Shown: piece after piece, positions 26,525-40,344 of the stretch | Layout: the number at the start of each line of letters is the position of its first letter | How positions within the stretch are numbered: position 1 is the first letter of the stretch | Assembly (NCBI GenBank): GCA_040954595.2 | Contig: CM082588.2 | Span: 7,734,844-7,798,843, forward strand | DNA length: 64,000 bases | Origin: Balanoglossus misakiensis | Lineage: Eukaryota > Animalia > Hemichordata | Direction: 5' to 3' | Position numbers and translations under genes: made by a program | The notes under the pieces: model-generated | What the model was told of the DNA's origin: nothing | The model's input: the letters and a program-made list of their open reading frames with translations, nothing else | The model's database searches: none

Positions 26525-28973
26525 ATGCAGCTATCGGAGCAAGCGGAGAGAATTTACACCAGTCCAAACGCCGGTGGAAATTCAGTTGAGTCCGAAGTAC
26601 TGAGGTAATATTTTTACATGCCATGGAAAAGTGAAAGAAATCCACGCACAAAATAATTCTAAGCAGGATGTTGAGATTCCGCTGTGAATTGCCAGTCGAA
26701 ATAAATAATTACAGCTATTTTCATTTTTTTGTCTGAAAATCTGCGTTTATTCGTTTTTTTACCTCCAAAACTTACGAATGGAGACCACAATGAACTGAGT
26801 TCGTTTGGATCGTGCATCAACTAAATGTAAAGAAAACGGCTTGTTTTTAATGTTTCTAAAAACGACCGTTTTGAGGGCTAAAAGTGGTCAAAATGGCAAT
26901 TTTGTCTTAAGTTGGGTCAGTAAGACTTTTTTTTTCGAATCAACACCAGTTTCAACTTAGAACGGACTTAAGCTTCCCAAACCTTCTATACAAAATCATG
27001 TTTAATCTATTTATATTTAATCTAATTTGATTTATCTATTTCTAAGAAATGTATGTTTTGTATGACAACTTGAAATTGCAACAAACTTGTTAGTATCACT
27101 GTTTATATCTATAATAGTACAATTTATATTTCCCCCTGTTTTACCCCCGGCAGTTTTGAACTGCTGAAGCGCTGTTTTAGAGCAAGATTGCTGAAGACAG
27201 AGATGGAAGTCAATAATTTCCCATACGGCGGATCCATCACCGACTACACCTGCCATATGTTTGACACCAAATTGGGCGTGTCGGTCACCAGGGCGATGAA
27301 GTTCAAAGGTCAATACGAAACGGAGGACGCGGAGAAACTACTGAGAAAGAAATTACAGGGTGAGAAACAAGAATTATTCAGATAGTAAGAAATGGTATGT
27401 AGTTTTTCTTTTAAAAGAACAAGCAATTATTTTACTTAATACTAATCTAATTCTTCTCGTATCATTTTTAGGTCCCATTGGTATAGGCCTATATACCATG
27501 GGACCTTATGGGATGGGTTGCGTCTGTATGTATGTATGGATGGATGGATGGATGGATGGATGGATGGATGTATGGATGTATGTCTGTATGTCCGTCCACA
27601 TCAAAAACTTGAAAACCGCTGCGCGTATCACCTCAATATTTGGTGTGTAGGTGCAGGCAGGGCTGTAGATGGGAGTTTGTCCAAACGAAGTTGTCAGGCC
27701 CAAAAATATGCAAATTAGCTGGAAAAATGTGAAATTGATCAAAACTCTGTAAGTCAACAACTACTGGTCAGATTGCTTTGACAATTGGTATGCATGTACC
27801 TTATGTCAACCTCACACCGACCTGTAAGTGTTAAGTTGATATCATGGATGTTTTATTTTTTATGAATTTTTTAGCCTTTTGTTAAATTTATACCTTTACT
27901 TATACCTCTATGGTTAAGCTATGTCCACGTCTTATTGTGGAATTCTGGTCTGTGCAATAGTCCTGTACAGTGACTGTCTATTGGTCAGTGAGCACAATGG
28001 GGCCAAAATAAAAGGCAAATTTTTGGGCTCACCTGTAACACCTGCTTAACACATTAATTATGTGCATACCTAATTCCGGGCTAACTAATAGGGCTAGAGG
28101 TTTCGTTCTTGTGAGACATGGACATGTATAGGGTCAAAATTTCTTCCCCAAATTTTGAGTGACCTCAGGTGACCTTTGACCTACTTTCCTATATCTCGGC
28201 ATCCAGAGCAGGTACAGACTTAGCGTTTGGAGGGTTGGGACTAAAATTGAAAAGCCAAAATATGGGTCACCTGTGACACCTGCATATCTCATTAATTATG
28301 TGCATACCTAATTCCAGGCTAACCAATAGGGCTATAGGTTTGGTTTTTGTTGAACATGGACCAGTATAGGGTCAAAATTTCTTGCCCAAATTTTGCATGA
28401 CCTCAGGTGACCTTTGACCTACTTTATCATATCTTGGCATCCAGAGCAGGTACAGACTTGGCGTTTGGAGGGTTGGGACTAAAATTGAAAAGCCAAAATT
28501 GGGGGTCACCTGTTACACCTGCATATCTCATTAATTATGTGCATACCTAATTCCAGGCTAACCAATAGGGCTATAGGTTTGTTTTTTTGTTGAACATGGA
28601 CCAGTATAGGGTCAAAATTTCTTGCCCAAATTTTGCATGACCTCAGGTGACCTTTGACCTACTTTTACATATCTTTGCATCGAGAGCAGATATGCTTATT
28701 GCTATGTTGCTATGTGCTATGTCCTCAAATGGGACCACAGTGTCCTTGACGCTATTTTTAGGTATTACCATGGCAACGAGAAATTCCTTAGAAGGCTGGT
28801 CCAAGCAAATATTACACGTGTGGGCTGCCTCCGCTCACATTGCGAACACTGTCGCGGACGTTTACTACAGACTGTCGAGGGATATTACCTCAAACACGGT
28901 AGTTTTAATCACAACAGCCAGCAGACGATCTAGTATATTCAGCAACTCGACAAACACCCGGGGAAGAGCCTAA
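26525..28973 (+). CDS. AAC4-like protein, copy B; exons 26525-26604, 27154-27359, 28762-28973; TE at the last acceptor, altered C-terminus
   Basis: Near-identical to copy A; a small deletion near the 3' end shifts the frame (SNSTNTRGRA*); may be functional or a young pseudogene. Confidence 0.65.
27474..28753. mobile_element. Helentron-associated non-autonomous element (HINE/DINE-1-like)
   Basis: Absent from paralog A; 5' palindrome GGTCCCAT-TGGTATA...TATACCATGGGACC, (GATG)n microsatellite, ~2.7 internal 238-239-bp repeats (~28010-28690), 3' GGGACC subterminal repeat, T-rich flanks. Confidence 0.7.
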
Positions 28974-29488
28974 TTCTTAAAACCCGGCGACGGTTGATTT
29001 CAGATTTCAAACGGTTGCAAATAACAAGAAAGACTTTCAGACTAATAATCTCACAGCGAAATTTGATAATGTTATTATAAAATATAATAGTTATATTATA
29101 TCTGTACACGTACGTAAGGACGAAATTGTTTTCTGAAGACATGAATTTGAAAGACATGCGTTTGTTTTATTATATTAAATTGTATAAAACGTGGTATTAT
29201 GAATCTATATTTCTAAGATCTTTTTCAACTTCTTTCATTTATTCGATTTAGGATTTTGTCGAAACCACAAGCTCAGTCCCAAATTCGAAACTCACCTCAC
29301 TACCAAAAACACGCTCAAGGCAAGCATGCATGCAAAAAGTATTGAAATTATTTGTAAGAACAAAAAAAGCATCGAAAACACATTAAGTATTGAGATTTAA
29401 AAATCACCAAGCGACTAGTGGGCTAGTCTACATTTTGACCTATCTGAAGTCAAATGCTGTGAATATATTCAGGCGAAAACGAGGTTGA

Positions 29489-29499
29489 GGGGATTCCCC
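29489..29499 (+). promoter_or_regulatory. NF-kappaB-type site upstream of NLR copy 3
   Basis: GGGGATTCCCC followed by a partial duplicate GATTCCCC. Confidence 0.55.
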
Positions 29500-29988
29500 T
29501 TTGATTCCCCGGTTACGGACAACCATATATTTATTTTTGTTTATATGTACTTGCATACTAGTATTTTGCGCCAATGTCAGTGGCCTTCACATTTGAAATC
29601 GTAGCCCCCAAACATCGATTTGTTGGACTTTTCTTCCCATATGATATAAAGTAATGAGAAACTTCATCAGATTGTATCATTCTAACCACTTAACTTTAGC
29701 ACTCAAAAAATATCAAGTGAGTTTCACATATACATATACATGGAACGGTAAGGCCAGTCAAAATAGAAATGACGACTGTTTTCACAAGCTTCTGTTAGTT
29801 GCGGATCAGACTGCGTGTTTGTGATTTGCTCACAGAGTTGGAATTTGCGCCTGGTTTTAGCAAATGTGAACATTATAGTGTATCACCAACACTGTTTGAG
29901 TTAATCTTGGAAGTGGAGATCTTCATATATCTGCGCCCAAGTGCTTCCAGAACTGGAGTCAAGTTGTGTTTTGTGATATCGTACAAAG

Positions 29989-30928
29989 ATGGCGACCGGT
30001 GGTGCATTTTTAACTACAGCCGAGAAGGTGAATCACGCTAGACTTTGTCGACTACTTATCGACGGTGGAACTAAAGCGGTGAGATGTGTATTTGACAACA
30101 AGATTCCACCTAATCTTACACTTGCTGACACACTGAGGAACCATAAAGTTTCGTTACAGAGCCTTCGTCCAAATGTTATCAGTGATGGTCAGTGGGATCT
30201 GTTATACCCAACCCAACCCAAGCCTGTTAAGTCTGAACATTTCGACATTACATTGCTCACAGTTTTATTACAGAATATCTGTGGCCCCTCCCATCCTCGT
30301 GTTAAAGCTGATGTGGCCCGAATAAGAAAGTTCAGGAATAGACTTCAACACATGCCGGGCACAGCTGTCCCTGACAGCGAATTTCAATCTTTCTGGGATG
30401 ACATTAGTAAAGTATTGGTACGTCTTGGCGCTAAGCAGGGAGATATCGATCAGTTGAAGACTGCGAGTATGGACCTTGCTGAGACAGACAAATACGAACA
30501 AACTTTAAAGGACTGGGAAGAATCCGACATGGTGCTGGAAAAGTTCCTACAGCGTATGGAAGAGAAAGTTGATCAGATATCAGAGACACAGACTGGCCAT
30601 AGCAGTACTTTGGCTGATATCGAACAGAACCAACAAGAAACAACTCAACATCTTGGTCAGATATCAGAGACACAGAGTGGCCATAGCAGTACTTTGGCTG
30701 ATATCGAACAGAACCAACGAGAGAACCAACAAGAAACGACTCAACATCTTGGTCAGATATCAGAGACACAGACTGGCCATAGCAGTACTTTGGCTGATAT
30801 CGAACAGAACCAACGGGAGAACCAACAAGAAACAACTCAACATCTTGGTCAGATATCAGAGACACTGGTTGACATCAAAGAAGGCCTCAAGCCTTCACAT
30901 ACCAGAGAGTCAAGAACATGTGTTCCAG
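29989..30928 (+). CDS. NLR copy 3, exon 1: HEPN + short (3-unit) coiled-coil repeat
   Basis: RNRLQH intact; in-frame loop deletion (ICGPSHPRVKADVAR); repeat order S-L-L; donor CCAG|GTAATA. Confidence 0.9.
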
Positions 30929-31194
30929 GTAATAATTAAGATTGACAGGTTGAATGCATTTCTATGGCTGAAATTTACAATCGTGTAGGTTTTTTATAAT
31001 TTGTATAATTTTTGGTCAAACTTAATTTTTCCTTCATAGTCTCATAAATTATATGTGCAGATAAGAACTCATATTCCAATTTGGTCAGTTGCCTTGGGCT
31101 GACCCAGGGCCAATCTGGGTTAGCTCATTTCACATCTCAAGTCTTACCTCATACAAAAGTCATACCATCAATATTTCATTGTTTTTTCTTACAG

Positions 31195-33995
31195 ATACTT
31201 CTGCAGGGTTTGAGTGGCTTAAAGACCATCTCAAAGGATTGTACAGCCATGACTTTGACAAGTTCCAACCTCTGCCATGGAATGAAAACTTCTCACTCAA
31301 TTTATCTGAAGTGTATACCCGACTGAAGATGGGAGAGGTTGATGAAAGGGGTAAGCGCTTGCGCACCAATGACAATGAAGAAAATGACTCTGTTGTTCGT
31401 GAAAATGCAATATTTGAAGCAGATAGAAAAGGAGTGAGACCACGTAGAATAAGAATTGAAGGACCTCCAGCTATTGGCAAGTCAATGTTTAGTAGAAAGC
31501 TGGCCTACAACTGGGCTTGTGGCGAATTAGAGCAATTTAAATTAGTCTTTCTGTTGGAAATGAGACATATGAGTAAAGAATCAATCATAGAAACCATATT
31601 TGATCAATTACTTCCTGATGATGCAGAAATTTCCAGAGATGACCTTGACAAGGTTCTGAAAAGGAATGCAGATTCTGTGCTGTTCCTCTGTGATGGTTTG
31701 GATGAAATGTGTAAGGATTTCAAGGAAAGTTTTGATATTAGTCGGATTATTGCAAAGAAATTATTGCCAAGATGTACAGTAGCTATCACAACCAGGCCCC
31801 ATGAATGTGACACACAGTTGAAAAACTGTGATTCACATTATCACATACAGGGCTTCACAAAGAGAGATTGTAGGAAATATATCATGAAGTACTTCAAGAA
31901 TAAGTGTGAGACTGGTGAGAATTTGATCGAAAATTTAGAACAAAACCTCGAGTTTGAATGGTTGGATGATTTCCTTAGTAATCCCTTACATGTTTCATTT
32001 CTTTGTGTATTGTGGGAGGATCATCAAGATGGTGACCATTTCCCAACTAGAGTGACAGAGTTGTATTTTGAAGTATTGCAGTGTATTTTGAAGAGGTATT
32101 GTTCCAAGACTGGAGTCAGTCTTGATGATATCATGGCTGATGTAAATAAACTGGCTGCCATTGCTTATAATTATCTGAAACAGGGAAAAATACACATAAA
32201 TGAGTTAGATGTGATTCCATCACGGCTCTTGTCACTAGGGTTACTTGTGCGTGATTGTGGTGTATCTCGCACAAAACCAAAGAAAGTTTGTTTCTTTTGT
32301 CACAAAACTTGGCTGGAATATTTTGCTGCTTTGCATATTGCTGAATGTGTGAAGGATACTGCTTCCTTTGATGAGTTTCAATTTCTATCTCACGACACTC
32401 GCCACAATTTCCAAGTCTTGGTATTTCTGACTGGCACTCTGAAGGAGAAAGCTGGTCCAGTATTTAAGGAAATTGGGATGGCGGTGTGCAAGTCTGCAGA
32501 TGATGTTGGCCGTAAGTTAAGAATGGACAACTATATAGCTTTCTTACATGAAAGTGTCAATTATCAAGCATTTTTCAAATTCATAGAACCCATCCTTTAT
32601 GAATTTACGCGTTTCATTAGTACTCCTTTCTATTTAAGAGCAAGAACTTCTATAGTTGTCAATTCTTTGTCTTCACCATCACCATATATTCTAAGTGACG
32701 ATTTGAATTTGTGTACATTGGTTTATGAAGATAGTTACTCGATGATAATCATTGATATGCTGAAGTATAAACACTCGCATGAAAGTAGACCTAAATTTGA
32801 TAACAATCTCCAGTTAAATATAAACAAAATGCAATCATCAGAGATTTCCTATTTGGCAGAGGCACTGGAGAAGAATCTTATTTCTCTTGAATGGCTTGTG
32901 TTGAATATGACTCCATCCAGTGGCAAGGATCTGCTTCAGTTGGCAAAAGCTATCAGAGAAACCAAAGCGGTACAAAACATTTATATCGTTGTGGATGATA
33001 GGGATAATGTTGTTGACAGCACTCCCAATGAAAAATGTAAGCAAGGCACCTCAAATAAAGAAACAGATCTGACATCATGCACTTTAAGAAACCTTATCGA
33101 AAATGCTGTGAAAAATGAGCATATTGATTGTTTGTCATTGCATACAGTACAGCTGTCTGATCATCAATGGGAGGAAATTGATAACATTGTTCCCTATAAG
33201 TCATTGAAACAGGCCAGGCACTTTCATAATATTGTGGAAACCGAAACAGGTTTAAATAGCGTATTACTGAAAGTTGCTGATATGCTTGAACACTGTCAAT
33301 CTACCAAGGTTTGTCATTTTGTAGATTTTGATTACAGATATTCTGCCATTGAGGGCAGTACTGCAAGAGCTTTGTTCAAAGCTGTTCAAAATATCAGCAA
33401 AACAATTAAATCTCTTTGCTTGTTTGTCACATCAGTATTTGCAAAGATACCTTATATATCTCATGTTGTGAATGAGATTTTACACATTTTGAAGTCTAAC
33501 ACCTCATTAGAGGATCTTAAGTTATTTATAGAGAATGAAAATGTTGATGCTGTATCGAAGTTTATTCAATGTAATAAGTATGTCAAGTCACTGTCCTTTG
33601 CTCTGTATCAGTCCAGAATGAGCACAGACCATTTATGTTCAGCTCTCTGTGCTGCTTTGAGTTCCAATACAACTCTGGAAAGCTTTGCGCTGCATTTGTG
33701 TGATGAGACAGATGCAATGTATAGTATCCCTGAAGTTTCCACTGTGCATAAGTATATTAGTCAATTGATTTTACCAACACATAGATTATTGTGTGATGGA
33801 AAAACTGCATTGAAGACGATTTCATTTACTTTTCCATCACAAAGTCCACAACGCAGTGATTATATTGTCAATGTCATGACTGAGTATTTTAAAGGAAATG
33901 TTTCAGGGTCATACCAATACACTGTGAAAATGCCGATCAAGTTATTTCATTACATGTATATTCACGTTCTGAAAGTATCGATCAGTAAACCCTAG
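31195..33995 (+). CDS. NLR copy 3, NACHT-LRR exon (266-bp intron upstream, no MYND exon)
   Basis: Acceptor ttttttcttacag|AT, phase 1; NACHT motifs intact. Confidence 0.92.
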
Positions 33996-34222
33996 AGAAT
34001 GCTGAATGCCACATTTGCATAAGTGTATTCTGCTATATTGGGGAAACTCCATGAAAAATTGTAAACTTTAAATATTTTTTTACATACACTTACCTGGTAA
34101 TGAAATATAACAGGTAACAGACTATACTATAGACATCAATGCTTGCACAGTTAGACAAACTGTCAAGGAATTTTCAACATATTGTATCTAGATGGAAATA
34201 TAATCAATTTACTAAGGACACA

Positions 34223-35123
34223 TAAAGTGAACAAATAAACAGAATTTGATTTGTTCACTTTATAACAGTACTAGAATCAAATATTTACCACTAAGTGTTT
34301 TTCTTGACCCGAACTATGACAAATTCAAAAGGCTTATGAGTTCCACAGATTTACGGGTATTATTGAATATTTGCAAGTATGTTTATAAAGCTATGGCTGT
34401 GAGAAGAACAGCCACTTATAGGATGAATAATATTGTTCAACTTTCTTTGTATTTGTGTAGTCAGCATTCACTTTGTATTTGTACGATGTATTACTTTATT
34501 TGAGAACTGGATGGTCTCCTTGCATTTGGACCTGAGGTCTTGTAACGCAATAAATTACTATTATTATTACTGGCTGTGAGAAGAGCAGCCATGACTTGCC
34601 ACTCATAGAGTGTATAATATTGTTCAACTTTCTTTGTATTTGTGTAGTCAGCATTCAAATTGTATTTGTGTGATGTATTACTTTATTTGAGAACTGGATG
34701 TTCTCTTTGCATTTGGACCTGAGGTCTTGTAACGCAATAAATTACTATAATTATTACTGGCTGTGAGAAGAGCAGCCACTTGCCACTCATAGAGTGTATA
34801 ATATTGTTCAATTTTCTTTGTATTTGTGTAGTCAGCATTCACTTTGTATTTGTGTGATGTATTACTTTATTTGAGAACTGGATGTTCTCTTTGCATTTGG
34901 ACCTGAGGTCTTGTAACGCAATAAATTACTATAATTATTACTGGCTGTGAGAAGAGCAGCCACTTGCCACTCATAGAGTGTATAATATTGTTCAACTTTC
35001 TTTGTATTTGTGTAGTCAGCATTCACTTTGTATTTGTGTGATGTATTACTTTATTTGAGAACTGGATGTTCTCCTTGCATTTGGACCTGAGGTCTTGTAA
35101 CGCAATAAATTACTATAATTATT
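34223..35123 (+). repeat. LINE 3' fragment with 4 tail units
   Basis: Units start near 34393, 34571, 34758, 34942. Confidence 0.85.
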
Positions 35124-36087
35124 ACGAAGGACACAATTTGTATGTAAGGAAATATGCGAAGAGTAGCAGAATATTTTGCTTTATTTTTTTATTGAAATGT
35201 TTTGTCTTAATTTCTATAGGACCTGTAAATAAGACTTGTTCCAGTTGGTCATTCTGGAAATAAATAAAGTCTGAGAAGAAAGCAATTCTGAAAAATCCAT
35301 TTGCTTTATTTGGTCTAAACTAGTTTTTCGGGGTTGACAAAGGAAATACACTTGTATTGCAAAATGGTATTTTTTGGTGCACATTTAACGCAGAAACAGT
35401 TGACCTTGGAAATCTTCATTTGATTTCCAACAACTTTTCTCAAAAAACAACAGAAAATACTAGTTGTACGTATTTGGATGTGTGCTCACACCATCTCTTA
35501 AAAATTCTCAAAAAAATAGATATACCATCGTATAAAACTGTTAAAGGTATACAGTCACCTCCAATTTACATACGCCCATATATGGCTGAAATGGCGTATT
35601 TGAGTGTTCTCAAAGACATATGGAGGCGCTCTTTTTTTCGCGTTTGCCACCCACTGAAAATCTGTGATTGGCTAGATCTCAATTTGCCATGGTAACTGTA
35701 GCTAACTGTATACCTTTAATTACTTGAGCTGCCACAAGATTGCCTAAGTGTTTTTGCTAAGGCCGGGAAACACTGGTAAATGAGTTGGGAACCCTGGTAA
35801 CACTTCTGCTAGCTACTAATACGACTGCATTGACATACAAAGGGGAACTCTGGTAAAATGACTTGGGAACCCTGGTAACATTTATCTGGCTAATGCCCTT
35901 AACAAAAACACTGCACTTTCTCTGCTATTTCAGTCCAAAGAACAATTACACCAGGAAAAATATGTGTGTCAATTAACGTCTTAAAAATAGAAAACATTGC
36001 AAGGGTTTCCTGAGCTAGTCCCTTCTCAGGTCCAAAATGAAGTAGTGTAAATATTTGTCTCCCAAATGGGGGACTGGTGGTGTTCCT

Positions 36088-36174
36088 TCAGTAAAACGAA
36101 AAATAATTCTCGCTCCTCCCATCATATGTGTACTTGTACGCACAGTCCAATATATATTTCAGTCTGCCGTACAT
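36088..36174 (-). pseudogene. Orphan last exon of DUF4211 gene
   Basis: Near-identical to 18978-19064; upstream exons absent. Confidence 0.75.
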
Positions 36175-36788
36175 CTGCAAGAGAAAAAGAAATGTATTCA
36201 AAGTCCATGAGCTGTAGGATTTTTTGAAATTATTGAGATCTTTGTATCAAATACAGTTTCTCCTCAACCAATTTAAACATCATGAAATACTCACTGTTTA
36301 TCAACACAGTTCATGTCTGTACATGCAGTCAGCATTGTTTGTTTGTGAACACTTGAATTCATTTCTCCAGAAACACTTACCACCAGTATTACTTGTACAT
36401 AGACTATGTTGACAAGCAGAACACTTTTGAGCATAATGAAAATGTAGTCAAATAATTAAAATGCCAAATTAAAAAGTATTAGACCATGGCGTACACTTGA
36501 GTATTTTTACGTACATGAATGTTTCAAATAAACACAGATAGTTGGTGATAGTGATAAGTATATCATTGGTGGTTGAGTTATGTTAGTATTATCTCCACAA
36601 ATACTGCAACCCATCCAACATTACATTTCGAAAGCTTGTTGATGAGGTCATCAACATAGACATAAATAAATATGGGAAAGTACACCTCCTTAACCTAACT
36701 ACATGGATATATAGAGGAATGCCCTATTTGCATTTTGACCTATCTGAAGTCAAATGCCATGAATATTTGCAGGCGAAAACGAGGTTGA

Positions 36789-36799
36789 GGGGATTCCCC
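36789..36799 (+). promoter_or_regulatory. NF-kappaB-type site upstream of NLR copy 4
   Basis: GGGGATTCCCC. Confidence 0.55.
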
Positions 36800-37273
36800 G
36801 ATGATATCACAATTTATACGGACAACCATATATTTCTTTTTTGTTTATATGTACTTGCCTCCTAGTATTTTGCGCCAATGTCAGTGGCCTTCACATTTGA
36901 AATCGTAGCCCCCAAACATTGATTTGTTGGACTTTTCTACTTATATGATATAAATTTACGAGAAACTTCATCTGATTGTATCATTCTAACCATTTAACTC
37001 CAGCACTCAAAAAATATCAAGTGAGTTTCACATATACATATACATGGAACTGTAAGGCCACTGTGCCAAGCCTCTGTTAGTCGTAGTTAAGAGTTCAGAC
37101 TGTTTGTGATTTGAGCACAGAGTTGGAATTTGCGCCTGTTTGTAGAAAATGTGAACAATTTAGTGTATCACCAACACTGTTCGAGTTAATCTTAGAAGTG
37201 GAGATTTTCATATATCTGCGCCCAAGTGCTTCCAGAACTGGAGTCAAGTTGTGTTTTGTGATATCGTACAAAG

Positions 37274-38825
37274 ATGGCGACTTGTGGTGAATTTTTAACT
37301 ACAGCCGAGAAGGTGAATCACGCTAGACTTTGTCGACTACTTATCGACGGCGGATCAAAAGCGGTGAGATGTGTATTTGACAGCAAGATTCCACCTAATG
37401 TGCTTGCAAACACCCTTAACAGGCATAATGCATCGTTAGTAAGACTACGAATGTCGTATAAAGGACCTAATCCAGGTCCAAAGGTTATCAGTGATGGTCA
37501 GTGGGATCTGTTATACCCAACCCAACCCAACCTTGTCAAGTCTGAAGACTTCGACATTACATTGCTCACAGTTTTATTACGGAATATCTGTGGCCTTCGA
37601 CGTCCAGGACATAAAGTATGGAAATATCCCTCCCCTGTTGATCTCCGTGTTGAAGCTGATGTGACCCGAATAAGAGAGTTCAGGAATAGACTTCAACACA
37701 TGACGGGCACAGCTGTCCCTGACAGCGAATTTCAATCTTTCTGGGATGACATTAGTAAAGTATTGGTACGTCTTGGCGCTAAGCAGGGAGATATCGATCA
37801 GTTGAAGACTGCGAGTATGGACCTTGCTGAGACAGACAAATACGAACAAACTTTAAAGCACTGGGAAGAATCTGACATGGTGCTGGAAAAGTTCCTACAG
37901 CGTATAGAAGAGAAAATTGGTGATCAAACTCGTCAGCTTGGTCAGATATCAGAGACACAGAGTGACCATAGCAGTACTTTGGCTGATATCGAACAGAACC
38001 AACGGGAGAACCAACAAGAAACGACTCACCATCTAGGTCAGATATCAGAGACACAGAGTGACCATAGCAGTACTTTGGCTGATATCGAACAGAACCAACG
38101 GGAGAACCAACATGAAACGACTCAACATCTTGGTCAGATATCAGAGACACAGAGTGGCCATAGCAGTACTTTGGCTGATATTGAACAGAACCAACAAGAA
38201 ACGACTCAACATCTTGGTCAGATATCAGAGACACAGAGTGACCATAGCAGTACTTTGGCTGATATCGAACAGAACCAACAAGAAACGACTCAACATCTTG
38301 GTCAGATATCAGAGACACAGAGTGGCCATAGCAGTACTTTGGCTGATATCGAACAGAACCAACAAGAAACGACTCAACATCTTGGTCAGATATCAGAGAC
38401 ACAGAGTGACCATAGCAGTACTTTGGCTGATATCGAACAGAACCAACAAGAAACGACTCAACATCTTGGTCAGATATCAGAGACACAGAGTGGCCATAGC
38501 AGTACTTTGGCTGATATCGAACAGAACCAACAAGAAACGACTCAACATCTTGGTCAGATATCAGAGACACAGAGTGACCATAGCAGTACTTTGGCTGAAA
38601 TCGAACAGAACCAACGGGAGAACCAACAAGAAACGACTCAACATCTTGGTCAGATATCAGAGACACAGAGTGACCATAGCAGTACTTTGGCTGATATCGA
38701 ACAGAACCAACGGGAGAACCAACAAGAAACGACTCAACATCTTGGTCAGATATCAGAGACACTGGTTGGCATCAAAGAAGGCCTCAAGACTTCACATACC
38801 AGTGAGTCAAGAACATGTGTTCCAG
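37274..38825 (+). CDS. NLR copy 4, exon 1: HEPN + 9-unit coiled-coil repeat
   Basis: RNRLQH intact; repeat 37940-38743 = 804 bp = LLSSSSSLL; donor conserved. Confidence 0.9.
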
Positions 38826-39200
38826 GTAATAATTAAGATTGACAAGTTGAATGCATTTCTATGGCTGAAATTTACAATCTTGTAGGTTTTTATATAATTT
38901 GTATAATTTTTGGTCAAACTTAATTTTTCCTTCATGGTCTCATGAATTATATGTGCAGAGAAGAACTCATATTCCAACTTGGTCAGATGACCCTGAGGGC
39001 CAGTCTGGGTTAGCTTATTTCACATCTCAAGTCTTACCTCATAATCATACATTGCATAGACCGTCATAAGCAAGTTTTTTTTGCAATATATGAGAATGGG
39101 AATAATCAGGAAATCAAGATAATTACAATCCCACTTTTCTAGGGAGTCCAAAATCATGTTAGGTGGTGACATGTTGGGTTTTTGCCGCCAGTTATCTTAA

Positions 39201-39486
39201 AGGGACAAAGATTCTCTCTCACTTCCCCTTTTCCATTAATTATGTTTGATACATGACACTGTTTATATTATTCTACATGTGGATATATATATATAGTGAA
39301 TCAACGTTCGACCGCACACAACTTCCATCCCACTTGTATGATATGAGAGCAACAAATCTCGCCAAAATGAATATGGTCGAATGTTGATTCACTATATATA
39401 TCCACATGTAGAATAACATAAACAGTTTCATGTATCAAACATAATTAATGGAAAAAGGGCAGCGAGAAAGAGACTTTAATGTCCCT
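39201..39486. mobile_element. TTAA-flanked MITE (Kolobok-like) in intron 1 of copy 4
   Basis: TTAA AGGGAC...GTCCCT TTAA; same site filled in copy 5, empty in copy 2. Confidence 0.7.
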
Positions 39487-39589
39487 TTAATGGCGACATC
39501 ATGGTTGCTTAGTTTGAAAAAAAGATTCTGTAGTACGTACACCACCATTAAAAATAACTTTTTCTATAAATTCTCTCCTTTATCTCAAG

Positions 39590-39721
39590 ATGCTTCCTGT
39601 GCTTGGTGCAACTGTAAGAGTGATAATCTCAAGAAGTTTATACGCTGTTGTGAAGTGATGTATTGTGGGAAAGACTGTCAGGAACAACACTGGATGAAAG
39701 GTCACAGAGAAGAATGCAAAG
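39590..39721 (+). CDS. NLR copy 4, MYND-type exon
   Basis: 132 bp, phase 1-1, CAWC...FIRCCEVMYCGKDCQEQHWMKGHREECK. Confidence 0.65.
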
Positions 39722-40344
39722 GTACAATTGATCATTTTCTGAACTGCACGTGACCCCACGAGATTTCACGTAGCTAAACAATTTATATGGGAGGACATTC
39801 CCCTGGCACAGGGCAAACAATTAACATCTCCCACCATATTCAATGGCACAAACAATTTCCTTTTTTGTTAAACTCTGCATTCACCTATTCTAATTTCTTA
39901 GCTACCAACCCATTGCTATGGTAATTAACCAAGTCTCAGGAGATTTCTCAATGAGCTGGAAACCATCATCGTTAAAGTCTGAACCTATATTCTAGCTACA
40001 TACCAAGCTAGATAGTATGAAAATATTCACAAACACCTTTTAGTACATGTAAGAACTTATAAATAAGATACTGAAAATTTCCATGTTTCACGGATAATGT
40101 TTGTATTCTCATGTGCAGAGCTGTCTGTCAAAAAGCTGGGGGTAATCACGACAAGAGCCTGCCTATGTGGGACACAATATGTGGTTTATATACTACGGTA
40201 GTTGTGGGTCATAATACTTCTAGCATACCATATGTAACCCCTGACTATATTATACTTAGTACAATGATGTTTTACAGCTTGTGAAAATGGTAAAAGTAAA
40301 TCTGCAATACAACAGTCATATCATCAATGTTATATTTTCTACAG

